64,000 nt of DNA from Octopus sinensis. Lineage: Eukaryota. The translations under genes and the position numbers were made by a program. How positions within the stretch are numbered: position 1 is the stretch's first letter; each line of letters begins with the position of its first letter. The notes under the pieces are model-generated. The model did not search any database. It worked only from the letters and a program-made list of their open reading frames with translations, and was not told where the DNA came from. Location: positions 155,930,001 to 155,994,000 of the forward strand of contig NC_042997.1 of the NCBI RefSeq assembly GCF_006345805.1. Reading direction: 5' to 3'. Below are positions 61,927 to 64,000 of the stretch, piece by piece.

Positions 61927-62001
61927 CCTGATGCAAGCATTCAGACAAGGTCTTTAGTCTGGACACAACTTCCTCTCGCCTTTCATTCAGTCTTGGGGAA
62001 T
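61927..62001 (-). CDS. Candidate 75-nt exon (DSPRLNERREEVVSRLKTLSECLHQ)
   Basis: gacttttttcag|AT TCC CCA AGA…CAT CAG G|gtggat. Helical, protein-like peptide, but the donor is weak. Confidence 0.25.
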
Positions 62002-63669
62002 CTGAAAAAAGTCATGGACACTGCCTTCCTTTCTAACTAAAAGATTAAAAAAAAAGAAAACGAAAACTGACATTTGATATTTTAAAATAATTAAAAAAAA
62101 TTTTATCTATCAACAACATTGAATAGTATATTTAGAACAATATCTACAACATACACAATTTGTTATATGATCACACACACACATGCATGCCAAAACAAAT
62201 ACACATGGAAAAGTGCACATGAACTGCTGCTATGAGACAAACACAGCAGGTGTAAACAAACAGTTGTGGATCTCTCTCTCTCTAGAAAGTTGCTTTAAAA
62301 CAGGTTTCTTAACAACATATTTCAAAGCTACATAGCATCCACTGACCATCTACATTGATTTTTGAAAATTGTAATCATGTCTTGTCAAAACTACATGTTA
62401 AAAAGATACACTTATTTAATGGAAATTTACAGATCAGAAAACTAAGCTTTTAAATTAAAGAATAATGTTGATCCTAACAGTAACTGCCTAAATTCTTTAA
62501 GATAATGAGGCAGTAGTTTTAAGACAAAAAAAAAAATTATGTTTTAATGAAGGAAAAGGTATGCAAATTAAAAGTCTATTTTCTCAGAAGGCCATTATCA
62601 AAACAAAGTAAATATTAGGTAATAACGAAATTAAAATACTCATAATTAATTATAATTGAACTTACTGGGTACAAAAGAGAGGGTTCTAATGTTTGGTCAT
62701 ATTATTTCAATGGGAATCATGAATATTCCGTTGCAAGCTATAAAGTTTAGTGAAGAATGAAAGACTGTGCTGCTACTTTATTTCTGATAATCAAAAATGT
62801 ATAAGAAAGCAAGATCAATAACTGAAGAAAATACAGGTTCTGCTGGAGATCTAACTTTGGATCAACCTTACTGATTAAAACATGACATAGATTTGTTATG
62901 AAATTCAGTATTCTCTTACAATAAAGCCAACATTCAGAATATTTGAGAAGAAAAATACAAAGGTTTGTCTGAGTGATAACTGTTGCACCTGACATAAGTG
63001 AGAGTTGGCAGTTGAAAAGATCAAAAGCTAGTGATAAAACATACTAGTTGTACTAAAAGAGCTTCCCTATAGCAACTAGAATAATGTAATTCTGTAATGT
63101 TGTTTCAGCATACAGCAGACAGGGGAGAAAATAAAGAAGACAAACAAACACGTGAGAGAGAGAGAGAAGAGGAGGTTCTTTTTCTTTCTCTTCTATCACA
63201 TAAACACACTTTATTATAAGAGACTGCAGACAGGAAATCATGTGAAAAAGTGTTACAGGAGTAGAAAGCAAGCCTGACAAGGCTCATAAAAGTCTGCCTG
63301 ACATCTCTAAAGTGCATAAAAGAAGGAATGGGATGCTCACTTAAAAAATGAGCTAGACCCACTGCTGCTACGAGCCAACTATAGCAGGTATGAATAAACA
63401 GCCTTGGATAGTATACACACACGCTTATTAACAGGTTTCATAACAACTATTTTCAAAGCTACATAACATCCACTGAGTATAAAATTATGATTGCCTCTCA
63501 TCAAAACTACCTTACAAATAAAAAGAAACCTGCTCAATGATTTATTAAAGTTATATGGTGGGAATAATTGCGAAGTATTCAGGAAAATATAACTAATTCT
63601 AATATTAGCACAAGACCACAAAATCTGTGGGTTGAGAAGTATATACATTTGCTTAAATCAATCCTATTA

Positions 63670-63830
63670 TTTGACAGGTACTTGTTTTATCAGCCCGCCC
63701 TCAAACAGAGGAATGAAAGGCAAATTTGACTCTGGACAGAGAGATGAAAGTCAACCCTACCAGGATTTGAACTAAGAAATGTAAAGGAACATGACTAAAT
63801 ACCACAAGGCATTTTATCTGCTACTCTACT
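63670..63830 (-). mobile_element. SINE family C, decayed
   Basis: ggaatgaaaggcaaatttgac…gatgaaagtcaaccc…ggatttgaactaagaaatg. Confidence 0.6.
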
Positions 63831-64000
63831 ATATCTGCTATATCCTACACAGTACTGGTATTTGTTTATCAAACTGAACCAACAACACAGAAGGCTTCAG
63901 TTCCTATGAAAGTAATTCTAATTCATAATCAATGTTGCTTGGATAGTGATGGTGTTACTTAGCATAAAGTCAACCCTGACTGAACTGGCCTATGAGAAAA

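Overview
AT-rich eukaryotic DNA that looks intronic or intergenic, with no recognisable intact gene. The dense tRNA-derived SINEs and (GAT)n-tailed RTE-type elements match families I recognise from octopus/coleoid cephalopod genomes (inference; no search was run). The window is a graveyard of mobile elements: a full-length but dead maT/DD37D Tc1-mariner with TIRs (37524-38779), a Ty3/Gypsy pol fossil (PR-RT-RH-IN, about 48.7-51.6 kb), hAT and Tc1/IS630-like transposase fossils, RTE LINE fragments (one with a PHD-like finger inside the RT), piggyBac-, hAT-, mariner- and Tigger-like MITEs, and tandem arrays of GC-rich hairpin units in RTE-type 3' ends. The most notable signal is four minimal type I hammerhead-ribozyme motifs in Penelope-like terminal repeats. 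Three related copies show stem I covariation, two of them in tandem. A fourth, unrelated motif has a G3-C8 compensatory core and sits between the arms of a 44-bp inverted repeat. A handful of short minus-strand exon candidates may belong to a large-intron host gene that I cannot identify. Most SINE boundaries are approximate.
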